Below are positions 47,412 through 58,322 of a DNA stretch of 63,460 nt, piece by piece. The stretch spans positions 1 through 63,460 of the forward strand of contig CAIUKQ010000105.1 of assembly GCA_903899705.1 (NCBI GenBank), read 5' to 3'. The stretch is from an uncultured beta proteobacterium. Lineage in GTDB: Bacteria; Pseudomonadota; Gammaproteobacteria; Burkholderiales; SG8-39. Within the stretch, counting starts at the first letter, position 1, and each line of letters begins with the position of its first letter. Both the position numbers and the translations under genes were made by a program. The notes under the pieces were generated by a model that saw only the letters and a program-made list of their open reading frames with translations, was not told where the DNA came from and ran no database searches.

Positions 47412-48047
47412 GTGATAACAATTGCATTGTCCAAAGGGCGAATATTCGACGAGACGCTTCCACTTCTCGACGCGGCAGGCATTCGTCCTTCTGAAGACCC
47501 GGAACAGTCGCGCAAGCTCATCATTGGCACTACCCGGCCAGACGTGCGTCTGGTCATTGTCCGTGCTGCCGACACGCCGACCTATGTGCAGTATGGCGCT
47601 GCGGAGCTCGGAATCGCCGGCAAGGATGTGCTTCTCGAGCATGGGGGCATGGGACTGTATCAACCGTTGGACCTCCGTATCGCTGCCTGCCGCATGGCGG
47701 TTGCAGCCCCCGTTGGCTTCGATTACGCGAGCACGGTGCGAAAAGGGGGACGGTTGCGGGTGGCCACCAAATATATGCAAACGGCTCGCGAACATTTTGC
47801 CGCCAAGGGTGTGCATGTGGATCTCATCAAGCTCTACGGGTCCATGGAGCTCGCCCCCCTGGTAGGACTGGCTGACGCCATCGTCGACCTGGTGTCCACC
47901 GGCTCCACTTTGCGCGCAAACAACCTGTGCGTGGTCGAAGAGATCGTTCCAATCAGCGCGAGGTTGATCGTTAATCAGGCTGCGTTGAAGTTGAAGCGGG
48001 AGGGGATCCAGCGAATCCTTGACGCATTCGAAGGGGCGGTACGCTGA
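47412..48047 (+). CDS. hisG: ATP phosphoribosyltransferase, short form
   Basis: 211 aa (short HisG lacking the C-terminal regulatory domain; normally partnered with HisZ, which is not in this window). GTG start. Confidence 0.92.
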   Translation: MITIALSKGRIFDETLPLLDAAGIRPSEDPEQSRKLIIGTTRPDVRLVIVRAADTPTYVQYGAAELGIAGKDVLLEHGGMGLYQPLDLRIAACRMAVAAPVGFDYASTVRKGGRLRVATKYMQTAREHFAAKGVHVDLIKLYGSMELAPLVGLADAIVDLVSTGSTLRANNLCVVEEIVPISARLIVNQAALKLKREGIQRILDAFEGAVR

Positions 48048-49351
48048 TGCCAGACCTGCGCCGCCTGTCTTCAGCGCAATCGGATTTTTCTGCGCAACTT
48101 GCGGCGTTGACCGCAATAGAAGCGACGCAGGATGCCGATGTTGAAAACGTGGTCCGGGAAATTCTGGCGGATGTGCGCAAGTCCGGGGACGAAGCGGTGT
48201 TGCGGCATACGGCCAAATTTGACCGGATCAGTGTATCCGGGATGGCCGAACTCGAAATTTCCAAAGCCGAATGCCAGATAGCACTGGAAGGTTTGCCACA
48301 GGGCCTCAGTTCCGCTTTGCAGGCTGCAGCTGAGCGAATTCGCATGTTTCACAGCAGGCAGGTATCGGAATCCTGGGAATACACCGAACAGGACGGCACC
48401 CGTCTGGGTCAGCGGGTAACGCCGCTCGCGCGCGTGGGGTTGTACGTTCCCGGCGGCCGTGCGGCCTACCCTTCTTCTGTGCTGATGAACGCATTGCCGG
48501 CCAGGATTGCGGGGGTTGGTGAACTCGTCATGGTCACCCCCACACCGGGTGGCGAACGTAATCCACTGGTCCTTGCTGCTGCGGCGATTGCCGGCGTCGA
48601 CCGCGTCATCGCAATTGGCGGCGCCCAGGCGGTCGGGGCACTCGCCTACGGTACGCAATCGATTTCACAGGTGGACAAGATCGTGGGGCCGGGAAATGCC
48701 TACGTGGCGGCGGCCAAACGGCGGGTATTTGGCGAGGTGGGCATCGATATGATTGCCGGACCGTCGGAGATCCTGATCATCTGTGACGGCGGCACCGATC
48801 CTGACTGGATTGCCATGGACATGTTCTCGCAGGCCGAGCACGATGAAATGGCGCAGGCGATCCTGCTGTCGCCCGATGCCGAATTCCTTGACAAGGTTTC
48901 ATCAAGTATCAGGCGCCTGCTGCCGGACCTGCCCAGGCGCGAAACGATAAGTGCTTCGCTTGCCGCACGGGGTGCGCTCATACTAACGCGCGACCTTGAG
49001 GAGGCTTGTGATATTGCCAACTTGATTGCACCGGAACACCTGGAATTGTCGGTCGAGGACCCGGGAAAATGGGCGACTCGAATAAACCATGCGGGCGCCC
49101 TGTTTCTGGGGCGTTACAGTTCGGAAGCACTGGGGGACTACTGCGCCGGGCCCAACCATGTGTTGCCGACATCGCGAAGCGCCCGGTTTTCATCGCCGCT
49201 CGGTGTTTACGATTTCCAAAAGCGGACCAGTATCATCCAGGCATCTCAGGGCGGTGCGAAGACTCTGGGCAAACTGGCGGCAACGCTTGCCATGGGTGAA
49301 GGTCTGGATGCACATTCCCGTTCCGCGATGATGAGAGTCACTCAGTCATGA
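48047..49351 (+). CDS. hisD: Histidinol dehydrogenase
   Basis: 434 aa. ..[12 protein letters not shown].., ..QAEHDE.. and ..APEHLEL.. motifs. Confidence 0.95.
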   Translation: MPDLRRLSSAQSDFSAQLAALTAIEATQDADVENVVREILADVRKSGDEAVLRHTAKFDRISVSGMAELEISKAECQIALEGLPQGLSSALQAAAERIRMFHSRQVSESWEYTEQDGTRLGQRVTPLARVGLYVPGGRAAYPSSVLMNALPARIAGVGELVMVTPTPGGERNPLVLAAAAIAGVDRVIAIGGAQAVGALAYGTQSISQVDKIVGPGNAYVAAAKRRVFGEVGIDMIAGPSEILIICDGGTDPDWIAMDMFSQAEHDEMAQAILLSPDAEFLDKVSSSIRRLLPDLPRRETISASLAARGALILTRDLEEACDIANLIAPEHLELSVEDPGKWATRINHAGALFLGRYSSEALGDYCAGPNHVLPTSRSARFSSPLGVYDFQKRTSIIQASQGGAKTLGKLAATLAMGEGLDAHSRSAMMRVTQS

Positions 49352-50427
49352 GTGCCAGCCCGAGCCAGGTCATTCGCGCCGATATACGCGCGATGAGCGC
49401 CTATCCGGTCCAGCATGCAGAAGGGCTGGTGAAACTTGATGCAATGGAGAATCCGCACCATCTGCCTTCGTGGCTTTGCGATGAAGTCGCCGGCGTCATC
49501 CGCAGCGCGGAAATCAACCGCTATCCGGATCCTGAAGCCCCGGCGCTAAAAAAGCGCCTCCGTGAAGTCATGTCAGTGCCGGATGATTGTGAGCTGATAC
49601 TTGGCAATGGATCCGATGAAATCATTGCAATGATGATCAATTCCGTGGCGGGTCCGGAAGCCGTGATCATGTCCATCTCGCCCACTTTCGTCATGTTCAA
49701 GATGAGCGCGGTAATTGCGCGCGCCGGGTATGTTGGTGTGCCCCTTAATGCGGATTTTTCGCTGGACGTGGACCGCGTTATTGCGGCTATGTCGGAGCAC
49801 CGTCCAGCCATACTGTTTATCGCCTATCCCAACAATCCGACCGGCAACCTGTTTGACGAGACCGCGTTGCACCGGGTGATTGAATCCGCACCCGGACTGG
49901 TGGTGATTGACGAGGCCTATAACGTGTTCGCCCGGCAGAGTTTCATGCCGAAATTGCCGGACTATCCCAATGTGGTGGTCATGCGTACGCTTTCCAAGCT
50001 GGGCCTGGCGGGATTGCGTCTGGGCTACGCCGCCGCAAAGCCGGAGTGGATTCGTGAATTTGACAAAGTGCGCGGCCCCTACAATGTCGGGGTTCTGACG
50101 CAGTTGATCGCGGAAAAGATCCTGGGCCACCATCACGTTCTGGAGGAGCAGGCCGGCGAAATTGTCGGCGAGCGGGAAAAGATGGCCAGGGCTTTGCAGG
50201 GCATGCCCGGCGTGGTTGCGTATCCGAGCGTTGCAAATTTCATCCTGTTACGGGTTGCGGACGCACAAGCTGTGCATGCCGGGCTGATTAGTCGAGGGGT
50301 CCTTGTGCGCAATTTGCACGGATCACATGCCCTGCTGGACAGTTGCGTACGTTTTACCGTGGGAACCAGAGCGGAAAATCAGATCCTGATGAACGCGTTT
50401 GCTCAGACCCTTGAGTCCCTTGCGTGA
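49348..50427 (+). CDS. hisC: Histidinol-phosphate aminotransferase
   Basis: 359 aa. Class-II aminotransferase with PLP lysine context ..[17 protein letters not shown]... Confidence 0.93.
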   Translation: MSASPSQVIRADIRAMSAYPVQHAEGLVKLDAMENPHHLPSWLCDEVAGVIRSAEINRYPDPEAPALKKRLREVMSVPDDCELILGNGSDEIIAMMINSVAGPEAVIMSISPTFVMFKMSAVIARAGYVGVPLNADFSLDVDRVIAAMSEHRPAILFIAYPNNPTGNLFDETALHRVIESAPGLVVIDEAYNVFARQSFMPKLPDYPNVVVMRTLSKLGLAGLRLGYAAAKPEWIREFDKVRGPYNVGVLTQLIAEKILGHHHVLEEQAGEIVGEREKMARALQGMPGVVAYPSVANFILLRVADAQAVHAGLISRGVLVRNLHGSHALLDSCVRFTVGTRAENQILMNAFAQTLESLA

Positions 50428-50474
50428 TGCCAATTCCGGCTGACCATCAATTGCGAATCGTGTAGGCTTCTCAC

Positions 50475-51080
50475 ATGGCAACGCGAAAACTCACCCGCAA
50501 GGCGGGAATTGTCCGAAACACCAACGAAACGCAAATCAGCGTCAGTGTTGACCTCGATGGCGAGGGGCAGGCTAAGCTTTTCACTGGCGTGCCGTTTCTT
50601 GACCACATGCTGGATCAGGTCGCGCGACATGGCGCGATGGACCTTGATATCAGGGCCAAGGGTGACCTGCACATCGATGCCCACCATACTGTCGAAGACA
50701 TCGGCATTACGCTGGGGCAGGCCGTCGCAAAGGCGGCGGGGGATAAGAAAGGCATTGTGCGGTATGGCCACGCCTATGTCCCGCTTGACGAGGCCTTGTC
50801 GCGTGTCGTGGTGGACTTCTCCGGTCGTCCGGGCCTGGAATTCCGCGTGAATTTCGCGAGGCCTCTGGTGGGAGAGTTTGATGTCGATCTGGTGCATGAA
50901 TTCTTCCAGGGCTTCGTCAACCATGCGCTGGTGACCCTTCACATTGACAACTTGCATGGGGCGAATGCTCACCATCAGTGCGAGACGATTTTCAAGGCTT
51001 TCGGACGGGCCCTGCGCATGGCACTTTCCGTGGACCCCCGGTCGCAGGGAAAGATTCCCTCAACCAAAGGCACCTTGTAG
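50475..51080 (+). CDS. hisB: Imidazoleglycerol-phosphate dehydratase
   Basis: 201 aa. ..[12 protein letters not shown].., ..[11 protein letters not shown].. and ..[19 protein letters not shown].. motifs. Confidence 0.95.
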   Translation: MATRKLTRKAGIVRNTNETQISVSVDLDGEGQAKLFTGVPFLDHMLDQVARHGAMDLDIRAKGDLHIDAHHTVEDIGITLGQAVAKAAGDKKGIVRYGHAYVPLDEALSRVVVDFSGRPGLEFRVNFARPLVGEFDVDLVHEFFQGFVNHALVTLHIDNLHGANAHHQCETIFKAFGRALRMALSVDPRSQGKIPSTKGTL

Positions 51081-51126
51081 GGCAACCTGCAATTCTGCCA
51101 GGCCTGAATTAAATGACGACGAAACA

Positions 51127-51762
51127 ATGAGAGTCGCAGTAATCGACTACGGTATGGGTAATCTGCGCTCGGTGTCGAAGGCGCTCGAGCACGTCGCGCC
51201 AAGAGCGGAGGTATTGGTCACTTCCGACGCTGGAATCATCGCGTCCGCGGACAGGGTGGTCTTTCCAGGGCAGGGCGCCATGCCGGACTGTATGCGAGAA
51301 GTGGATGCCCGGAATCTGAGGCCAGCCATCCTGGACGCAGCACGGGAGCGGCCATTTCTGGGGATTTGCATCGGACTCCAGATGTTGTTTGAATTCAGCG
51401 AAGAGGGGAACACCAGCGGCCTGGGTCTTTTCCCGGGGCAGGTCCGCCGCTTTTCAGGTCCCGCGGCCGATGCCGGCGTGATGGGGCGCCTGAAGGTGCC
51501 CCACATGGGGTGGAATCGCGTCCAACAGCGGGGGGCACATCCCTTGTGGAGCGGAATCGAAGATGCCGCCCGCTTTTATTTCGTGCACAGCTTTTTTGCT
51601 CAACCTTCTAGCGAAGAAATCGTCACCGGAGAAACGGAATACGGAATATGCTTTACCTGTGCGGTGGCTCGGGATAATATTTTCGCCGTGCAGTTCCATC
51701 CCGAAAAAAGCCAATCTTCCGGTCTTCGACTATTAGCCAACTTCATCAGCTGGAATCCTTGA
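51127..51762 (+). CDS. hisH: Imidazole glycerol phosphate synthase, glutaminase subunit
   Basis: ORF trimmed to MRVAVIDYGMGNLRS. GATase triad context GICIGLQ ... HPEKS. Confidence 0.93.
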   Translation: MRVAVIDYGMGNLRSVSKALEHVAPRAEVLVTSDAGIIASADRVVFPGQGAMPDCMREVDARNLRPAILDAARERPFLGICIGLQMLFEFSEEGNTSGLGLFPGQVRRFSGPAADAGVMGRLKVPHMGWNRVQQRGAHPLWSGIEDAARFYFVHSFFAQPSSEEIVTGETEYGICFTCAVARDNIFAVQFHPEKSQSSGLRLLANFISWNP

Positions 51763-51821
51763 TTCGAATCTGACATTGGCATTTACATTTCATCCACTGA
51801 CTCGAAGCAGACCTATTTGCA

Positions 51822-52565
51822 ATGCTGATCATTCCTGCCATTGATATCAAAGACGGTCATTGCGTGCGCCTCAAACAGGGCGACATGAATGACGCGACCG
51901 TATTTTCCGAGGATCCCGCAGCCATGGCGCGTCATTGGCTTGCCCAGGGCGCAAAGCGGTTGCATCTGGTCGATCTCAACGGTGCCGTTGCCGGAAAGCC
52001 GAAAAACGAAGGGGTCATCAAGCAGATCGTGGATGCACTGGATGACAAGCTTCCCATTCAACTGGGCGGCGGCATCCGGGATCTGGATACGATCGAGCGA
52101 TATCTGGACATGGGGGTGTCATATGTCGTCATTGGCACGGCTGCGGTCAAAAACCCGGGTTTTCTTCAGGATGCATGCACGGCGTTTTCAGGGCATGTGA
52201 TCGTTGCGCTGGATGCCAAAGACGGAAAAGTCGCGGTGGAGGGATGGTCCAAGATGACCGGACACGATGTTGTCGACCTTGCTCTCAAGTTCCAGGACTA
52301 CGGCGTTGAGGCCATCATTTATACCGACATTGGCCGCGATGGCATGCTCACAGGGATCAATCTCGGGGCGACCTTGACGCTCGCACGGGAACTGCGAATC
52401 CCGGTCATCGCCAGCGGCGGCTTGACCAATCTGAAGGACGTTGAAGAACTCTGCAAGCTGGAGTCAGAGGGCATCAATGGCGTGATCACCGGCAGGGCCA
52501 TTTATCAGGGAACGCTGGACTTCAAGCAGGCAGTTGCGCTGTCGGACCGGCTTTCGGAAAAATGA
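51822..52565 (+). CDS. hisA: ProFAR isomerase
   Basis: 247 aa. [17 protein letters not shown].., ..GGGIRD.. and ..ASGGL.. motifs. Confidence 0.95.
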   Translation: MLIIPAIDIKDGHCVRLKQGDMNDATVFSEDPAAMARHWLAQGAKRLHLVDLNGAVAGKPKNEGVIKQIVDALDDKLPIQLGGGIRDLDTIERYLDMGVSYVVIGTAAVKNPGFLQDACTAFSGHVIVALDAKDGKVAVEGWSKMTGHDVVDLALKFQDYGVEAIIYTDIGRDGMLTGINLGATLTLARELRIPVIASGGLTNLKDVEELCKLESEGINGVITGRAIYQGTLDFKQAVALSDRLSEK

Positions 52566-52626
52566 GGACCTTCAGGTCCAGACCGGGTCAGTCGCCCACG
52601 CCAAATGCATTCGGCCTCGAATCCTG

Positions 52627-53436
52627 ATGCTCGCCAAAAGAGTCATCCCCTGCCTTGACGTCACCGCCGGCAGGGTCGTCAAAGGTGTCAATTTTGTGGC
52701 ATTGCGCGATGCGGGTGACCCCATTGAAATCGCCAAGCGTTACGACGAACAGGGTGCAGACGAGCTGACTTTTCTGGATATCACTGCAAGTTCGGACGGC
52801 CGCGATGTCATTCTTCACGTCATTGAAGAGGTTGCCGCCCAGGTATTCATTCCGCTGACTGTTGGTGGCGGAGTGCGCAAAGTCGAGGACGTGCGCCGCC
52901 TTCTGAATGCGGGTGCCGACAAGGTCTCAATCAATACTTCCGCGGTACAGAATCCCGATTTGGTCGCCGAGGCATCGGGCAGGTATGGGTCGCAGTGCAT
53001 CGTCGTCGCAATCGATGCAAAAAGGGCCAATTCCGCTCCGGTCGGTCGAAATACGGACAACGTGGGCAGTGCAGGGTCCGTGAGTTCCGGGTGGGAGGTC
53101 TTCACCCATGGCGGCCGGAAGGCCACCGGCATCGATGCGCTAGCCTGGGCGCGGAAAATGCAGGAGTATGGTGCCGGCGAAATTCTGCTCACCAGTATGG
53201 ATCGCGATGGCACACGCGAAGGTTTCGACCTCGAATTGACAAGGCTGATTTCGGATTCTGTCGACATCCCTGTGATCGCAAGTGGCGGCGTGGGCGGATT
53301 GGACCACCTTGCTCGGGGCATTTTGGCAGGTCACGCAGATGCCGTGCTCGCAGCCAGCATTTTCCATTTCGGGGAATTCACTGTGCGGCAAGCCAAGGAG
53401 TACATGGCAGCGCGCGGAATTGAGGTCCGGTTGTAG
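52627..53436 (+). CDS. hisF: Imidazole glycerol phosphate synthase, cyclase subunit
   Basis: ORF trimmed to [12 protein letters not shown]. ..GGGVRK.., ..SMDRDGT.. and ..ASGGVG.. motifs. Confidence 0.95.
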   Translation: MLAKRVIPCLDVTAGRVVKGVNFVALRDAGDPIEIAKRYDEQGADELTFLDITASSDGRDVILHVIEEVAAQVFIPLTVGGGVRKVEDVRRLLNAGADKVSINTSAVQNPDLVAEASGRYGSQCIVVAIDAKRANSAPVGRNTDNVGSAGSVSSGWEVFTHGGRKATGIDALAWARKMQEYGAGEILLTSMDRDGTREGFDLELTRLISDSVDIPVIASGGVGGLDHLARGILAGHADAVLAASIFHFGEFTVRQAKEYMAARGIEVRL

Positions 53437-53623
53437 GTACGCCCCTCCAGCCTCAGGCATTTGCTGTTACGCGGCTTGAAGCGGATACCCGGTTGCGGTT
53501 AAGCTGGATTGGGACGCAGGCACCCTGTGGTCACCGTACGGTAGCGGACGCGGCGAAGGGCCCCAGTCTGCGCTACCTATCATAATGCCTTGATGAGTCG
53601 CCGCAAAAGGCGCGGGCAACGAA

Positions 53624-54040
53624 ATGCAGGAGACGGCGGCAAAAATGTCTTGGCTTGATGAGGTCAATTGGAACAACCAGGGGTTGGTACCCGCCATTGC
53701 CCAGGAGGACGGGACCGGGAAGATTCTCATGGTTGCATGGATGAACCGGGAGGCTCTTGAAAGAACGGTGGTGTCCGGCCAGGCAGTCTATTGGTCACGT
53801 TCCCGCAATAGGCTCTGGCACAAGGGCGAGGAATCGGGACATGTGCAGAAGGTCCATGAACTGCGGCTGGATTGCGACAATGATGTGGTCCTCCTTCAGG
53901 TCGAACAGGTCGGCGGCATCGCTTGCCATACCGGCCGGCACAACTGTTTTTTCAAGAAGCTGGAGGATGGCCAATGGCGGGAAGTCGATTCCGTCATCAA
54001 GGATCCAGGCGAAATTTACGGCGGGTGTGAAAAAAAATGA
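53624..54040 (+). CDS. hisI: Phosphoribosyl-AMP cyclohydrolase
   Basis: ..[25 protein letters not shown].., ..[13 protein letters not shown].. and ..[10 protein letters not shown].. motifs. Alternative start at 53645. Confidence 0.93.
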   Translation: MQETAAKMSWLDEVNWNNQGLVPAIAQEDGTGKILMVAWMNREALERTVVSGQAVYWSRSRNRLWHKGEESGHVQKVHELRLDCDNDVVLLQVEQVGGIACHTGRHNCFFKKLEDGQWREVDSVIKDPGEIYGGCEKK

Positions 54041-54354
54041 GCGAAATACTGGACCGATTGGCCGAAGTCGTTGAATCTCGCAAGGGCGCTGACGCCGCTA
54101 CCTCCTATGTGGCGCGCCTTTTGTCTCTGGGTGAGGATGCGATCCTCAAGAAGATCGGCGAAGAGGCTACTGAAACGGTCATGGCGGGTAAAGATGGCGA
54201 GCGGCAGAAAATTGTCGCGGAGACGGCCGATCTCTGGTTCCACTGCGTGATCATGCTGGCCCATTACGGGTTGAAGCCCGGCGATGTGCTCGCGGAGCTG
54301 CGCCGCCGCGAAGGCATTTCCGGAATTGATGAAAAAGCCGCTCGCAAGACTTGA
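54037..54354 (+). CDS. hisE: Phosphoribosyl-ATP pyrophosphatase
   Basis: 105 aa. ..SYVARLL..GEEATE..ADLWFH.. 4-nt overlap with hisI. Confidence 0.93.
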   Translation: MSEILDRLAEVVESRKGADAATSYVARLLSLGEDAILKKIGEEATETVMAGKDGERQKIVAETADLWFHCVIMLAHYGLKPGDVLAELRRREGISGIDEKAARKT

Positions 54355-54407
54355 TGGACGCACGATTGCGACGTGCGGTTGGCCATTGAATATCAGAGAG
54401 GACTGAC

Positions 54408-54767
54408 ATGTCTGAAGACCCTGGCTGCATTTTCTGCAAAATCGTCAGCGGAGCGATTCCCTGCAAGAAAATCCACGAGGATGACGAAATACTGGCATTC
54501 CACGACATCCATCCCATCGCCCCGGTGCATTTCCTGATAATTCCCAAAGTTCATATCGAGTCCCTTGTGGAATGCAATGATTCCCATCGAGCGGCCCTTG
54601 GCGCAATGCTCGCCGTCGCCGGCCGCCTTGCTGTGGAACAGGGCGCGAATGACGGATTTCGCACCATCATCAATACGGGCAGGGTGGGTGGGCAGGAGGT
54701 GTATCATTTACATGCACACATTCTCGGTGGACAGGAGAGGTTGCCCAGAATGTTAAGCAAGTCTTGA
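54408..54767 (+). CDS. HIT-family (HinT-like) nucleotide-binding protein
   Basis: 119 aa. CIFCKI and the histidine triad HLHAHILGG. Confidence 0.9.
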   Translation: MSEDPGCIFCKIVSGAIPCKKIHEDDEILAFHDIHPIAPVHFLIIPKVHIESLVECNDSHRAALGAMLAVAGRLAVEQGANDGFRTIINTGRVGGQEVYHLHAHILGGQERLPRMLSKS

Positions 54768-54778
54768 AGGAGAAATGA

Positions 54779-55006
54779 ATGGGAACTTGGAGCATTTGGC
54801 ACTGGTTGATAGTGCTGGCCGTCGTGCTGGTGATTTTTGGTACCAAGAAATTGCGCAATATGGGTTCCGACCTGGGTGGAGCGGTCCGTGGATTCAAGGA
54901 TGGGATGAAGGAGGCGTCGCCTGATGCGGGCTCTGACCATGCCTCGCCACAGGTTTCGGGGCGAACCATTGATGCTGAAGTGCGCAAGGAGAGCAAGGTC
55001 TCTTGA
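54779..55006 (+). CDS. tatA: Sec-independent translocase TatA
   Basis: 75 aa. [34 protein letters not shown]. Confidence 0.93.
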   Translation: MGTWSIWHWLIVLAVVLVIFGTKKLRNMGSDLGGAVRGFKDGMKEASPDAGSDHASPQVSGRTIDAEVRKESKVS

Positions 55007-55016
55007 GGCCTTGTGT

Positions 55017-55035
55017 ACTGGTGCTTTGCGCCAGT
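55017..55035 (+). promoter_or_regulatory. Hairpin in the tatA-tatB spacer (possible partial terminator or stabiliser)
   Basis: ACTGGTGC-ttt-GCGCCAGT, an 8-bp stem with one G-T pair and no U-tract. Confidence 0.3.
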
Positions 55036-55092
55036 TAGTCAGTTCTTATGAATGGGGTCGGCCCCCGGTTTCTATTGAAGCGCATCTAGTAG

Positions 55093-55527
55093 ATGTTTGA
55101 CATCGGCTTTTCCGAATTGATGGTTATCGCGGTGGTGGCGCTCGTGGTCATAGGGCCGGAGCGGTTGCCGCGCGTAGCACGCACGGCCGGTCATCTCCTT
55201 GGACGGCTCCAGCGCTACGTGAACGATGTAAAAGCCGATATCAATCGCGAAATGGAACTTGAAGAGCTCCGAAAATTCAAGGACGAATTCGAGAAGACCG
55301 CACAGACGGTGCAAAAACAAGTGAGCGATGAAATCTACAAATCTGAGGACTTTTTCAAAAGCATTTCAGCCGATGTGAATCCGCACGAAGGCTCGGCCAC
55401 ACCGGTTGGGCCGTCTGAAACCGGCCCGGGGCTCGAATCATCCCTAGGGACTGGTTCCACCGTCAGGGCGCCACAACCGTTGGCGCCCGAACATCAATTA
55501 GCGCCTGACCAGAAAACGGCCACTTGA
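55093..55527 (+). CDS. tatB: Sec-independent translocase TatB
   Basis: 144 aa. MFDIGFSELMVIAVVALVVIGPERLP. Confidence 0.92.
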   Translation: MFDIGFSELMVIAVVALVVIGPERLPRVARTAGHLLGRLQRYVNDVKADINREMELEELRKFKDEFEKTAQTVQKQVSDEIYKSEDFFKSISADVNPHEGSATPVGPSETGPGLESSLGTGSTVRAPQPLAPEHQLAPDQKTAT

Positions 55528-55572
55528 TGCGCGTCTTGATCGAATATCGAAGCGCCATTGGGCGACCGTGAC

Positions 55573-56343
55573 ATGGGAGAGTCTGAATCCTTCCTGTCGC
55601 ACCTTGTCGAATTGCGCCAGAGGCTTGTGCGCGCACTGGCAGTGGTCCTGATTTTCGTGCTCTGCCTTTTTCCCTGGGCTCGCGACATCTATGCGATTCT
55701 GGCGATGCCAATGCTGGAGGCCATGCCCAAGGGCGGGCAAATGATCGCAACGGATGTCATTGGTCCGTTTCTCGTGCCGCTCAAAGTCACCATGCTGGTG
55801 GCCTTTGTCGCAGCACTGCCCTACGTGCTCTATCAGGCTTGGGCGTTTGTCGCACCGGGCTTGTATGCGCACGAGAAGAGTCTGGTTCTGCCGCTTGTTA
55901 TCACCAGTTTCCTGTTGTTCCTGGTTGGAATGGCGTTTGCCTACTTTTTTGTGTTTCCGGTGATATTCAAATTCATGTCGTCAGTTGCGCCGCAGGGCGT
56001 GGCGTGGATGACTGACATAGACAAGTATTTCAGTTTTGTATTGACCAGCTTTATCGCATTTGGGGTGACCTTTGAAGTCCCCATCGTCGTCATCGTGCTG
56101 GTTCGGTCCAACATCGTGTCGATCGAAAAACTCAGGGAGGCGCGTCCCTATGTCGTCGTGGGCGCCTTTGTGATCGCGGCGGTGTTCACTCCGCCGGATG
56201 TGGTTTCACAATTTCTGCTCGCCGTGCCGTTGTGCCTGCTATACGAATTGGGATTGCTGGTATCCCGATTTTTCGTCAGCAAGACCATGCAAATTCCGAC
56301 CGAAGTCGTGGCTTCGAAAGCCGGCCACCAGCCCGGGCATTAA
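55573..56343 (+). CDS. tatC: Sec-independent translocase TatC
   Basis: Six TM segments. SFLSHLVELRQRL start region. ATG at 55573 is preferred over TTG at 55558. Confidence 0.92.
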   Translation: MGESESFLSHLVELRQRLVRALAVVLIFVLCLFPWARDIYAILAMPMLEAMPKGGQMIATDVIGPFLVPLKVTMLVAFVAALPYVLYQAWAFVAPGLYAHEKSLVLPLVITSFLLFLVGMAFAYFFVFPVIFKFMSSVAPQGVAWMTDIDKYFSFVLTSFIAFGVTFEVPIVVIVLVRSNIVSIEKLREARPYVVVGAFVIAAVFTPPDVVSQFLLAVPLCLLYELGLLVSRFFVSKTMQIPTEVVASKAGHQPGH

Positions 56344-57509
56344 CCGGGACGATTTTGCCGTGTGCTTGCCGGCCTGCGTCCGACTTCAACCGAGAATTCA
56401 ATTTCCTTTTGATTTCTCAGCAGGCGCAGGCGGGCCGGCTTGCCGGGCTTCAATGCCGAAATAAGATTCAGCATGGCACTGGGGTCTCCCACGTTCCTGC
56501 CTTCGACAGACAAAAGTATGTCTCCGGGTTTGATTCCCGCAGTATCTGCCGGTCCTCCGCGAACGACACCGGCTATCAGTGCCCCCTCCGCAGATTTCAA
56601 TTTAAACGATTCTGCCAGGTCAGCGCTGATCTCCTGGGCCTCCACGCCGATCCAGCCGCGAGTCACGCTACCGGATGAAATGATCTGCTCCATGACCTGC
56701 TTGGCGCTGGAAACGGGAATCGCAAATCCTATTCCCAGTGAGCCGCCTGAACGTGAATAGATTGCGGTGTTGATTCCCACCAGATCACCGTTGGCGTCGA
56801 TCAGCGCGCCGCCCGAATTGCCTGGATTTATCGCCGCGTCAGTCTGGATGAAATTCTCGAAAGTGTTGATTCCGAGGTGGCTGCGACCGAGCGCCGAGAC
56901 GATCCCCATGGTGACGGTTTGGCCGACTCCGAACGGGTTGCCGATGGCAAGTACTACATCACCAACGCGCAATCCGCCGTCATTCCCAAGTGTAATGGCG
57001 GACAGATTGCCTCCCTGAACCTGCAAAACAGCGAGATCCGTTTCAGGGTCGGAACCGACCGTGCGCGCACGCATCTTCTTGCCATTAGCGAACGCTACCT
57101 CGATTTCGTCGGCGGCCTCGACGACGTGGTGATTGGTCAGAATATACCCGGAGGAACTGACGATCACGCCGGAACCGAGGCTGGAAGAGCGTTGCGAATT
57201 CTCGCCGAATTGATCACCAAAAAAATGCCTGAACATCGGATCGTCCATCAGGGGGTGCCGGGGCGTCTTGACCAGTTTGCTTGTGAAAATATTGACGACC
57301 GCAGGCTGGGCACGATTGACCGCATCGCGAAACGATCCGGAGAATCGGGCCTCGCCCGATGGCGACGCGGTTGCCTGCTTGAGTTCGACGACCTGGGGGC
57401 TTGAAACGGTGTCCGAGAGCCATTCCGGTTTGAGTGTCGAAACGACAAAAAAGGCGGCTAAAAGGACGGTGGCGGTTTGCGCGAATATCAGCCAAAGGCG
57501 GTGGGTCAT
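56340..57509 (-). CDS. DegS/AlgW-type membrane-anchored trypsin-like serine protease with one PDZ domain
   Basis: ORF trimmed to MTHRLWLIFAQTATVLLAAFFVV. Catalytic contexts TNHHVV, DLAVLQV and GNSGGAL. Single PDZ domain. Confidence 0.88.
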   Translation of the reverse strand: MTHRLWLIFAQTATVLLAAFFVVSTLKPEWLSDTVSSPQVVELKQATASPSGEARFSGSFRDAVNRAQPAVVNIFTSKLVKTPRHPLMDDPMFRHFFGDQFGENSQRSSSLGSGVIVSSSGYILTNHHVVEAADEIEVAFANGKKMRARTVGSDPETDLAVLQVQGGNLSAITLGNDGGLRVGDVVLAIGNPFGVGQTVTMGIVSALGRSHLGINTFENFIQTDAAINPGNSGGALIDANGDLVGINTAIYSRSGGSLGIGFAIPVSSAKQVMEQIISSGSVTRGWIGVEAQEISADLAESFKLKSAEGALIAGVVRGGPADTAGIKPGDILLSVEGRNVGDPSAMLNLISALKPGKPARLRLLRNQKEIEFSVEVGRRPASTRQNRPG

Positions 57510-57640
57510 GACGGGATTACATTTCAATTGTTTTGCATGATGCCTTGATCCCGTAGTGCCGCGAAGATCAAAACAAGGATTTTCCGCAATTACGACACAA
57601 CGCAAATATAAAGCTAAATCATGCAGTTATCGACGAAAAT

Positions 57641-57669
57641 TTGGTCGTTTCGGGAAGATTCTATATAAT
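57641..57669 (+). promoter_or_regulatory. Sigma-70-type promoter candidate for petABC
   Basis: TTGGTC(57641-46)-17 nt-TATAAT(57664-69), 57 nt upstream of the petA ATG. Confidence 0.5.
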
Positions 57670-57725
57670 CACAAGTCCGGTTTCTGTTGTACACCGCTGC
57701 ATTTGAATTCTTATGAGGGCTTTCC

Positions 57726-58319
57726 ATGAGTGATTCCCAGGACATAAACGAATCGCGCCGAAATCTGATCGTCGCATCAGCGACCGCTGGCGGCGCGGCT
57801 GCAGTCGGCGTGGCATTGCCGTTTGCAGCATCGATGCTCCCCTCCGAACGTGCAAAGGCCATGGGCGCGCCCGTTGAAGCCGATATCAGTGCTTTGCAGC
57901 CCGGTGAATTGCAAATCATGGAGTGGCGCGGCAAACCGGTTTGGATTCTGCGACGCACCAAGGAAATGCTGGAAGGGATCAAGAAGAGCGATCCGAATGT
58001 GGCAGATCCGGGATCGGAGGTGCCGCTGCAGCCCGATTATGCAAAGAATGCATTCCGCTCCATCAAGGAGGAGTTCGTTGTTTTGGAGGGCGTGTGCTCA
58101 CATTTGGGTTGCTCGCCGCAGTTCAAGGGATCTGATGCCAAGGCCGAAATGGGCGCTGAATGGAATGGCGGTTTTTATTGCCCTTGCCACGGATCCAAAT
58201 TTGATCTCGCAGGGCGGGTCTACAAGGGGGTGCCGGCGCCGGTCAATCTGTCTGTGCCGCCTTATACCTACCTGTCGGAGACGAAGATCCTGATTGGCGA
58301 CGATAAAAAAGGGGCATGA
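57726..58319 (+). CDS. petA: Ubiquinol-cytochrome c reductase Rieske iron-sulfur subunit
   Basis: Tat signal (SRRNLIVASATAGGAAAVG) and Rieske boxes CSHLGC and CPCHGS. Confidence 0.95.
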   Translation: MSDSQDINESRRNLIVASATAGGAAAVGVALPFAASMLPSERAKAMGAPVEADISALQPGELQIMEWRGKPVWILRRTKEMLEGIKKSDPNVADPGSEVPLQPDYAKNAFRSIKEEFVVLEGVCSHLGCSPQFKGSDAKAEMGAEWNGGFYCPCHGSKFDLAGRVYKGVPAPVNLSVPPYTYLSETKILIGDDKKGA

Positions 58320-58322
58320 CGC

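Noticed and set aside
56340-56343. tatC and the DegS-like gene share a TTAA in which both convergent stop codons overlap
   Set aside because: The overlap is real but trivial. Convergent 4-nt stop overlaps are common in compact genomes and imply nothing beyond the lack of a terminator between the genes.
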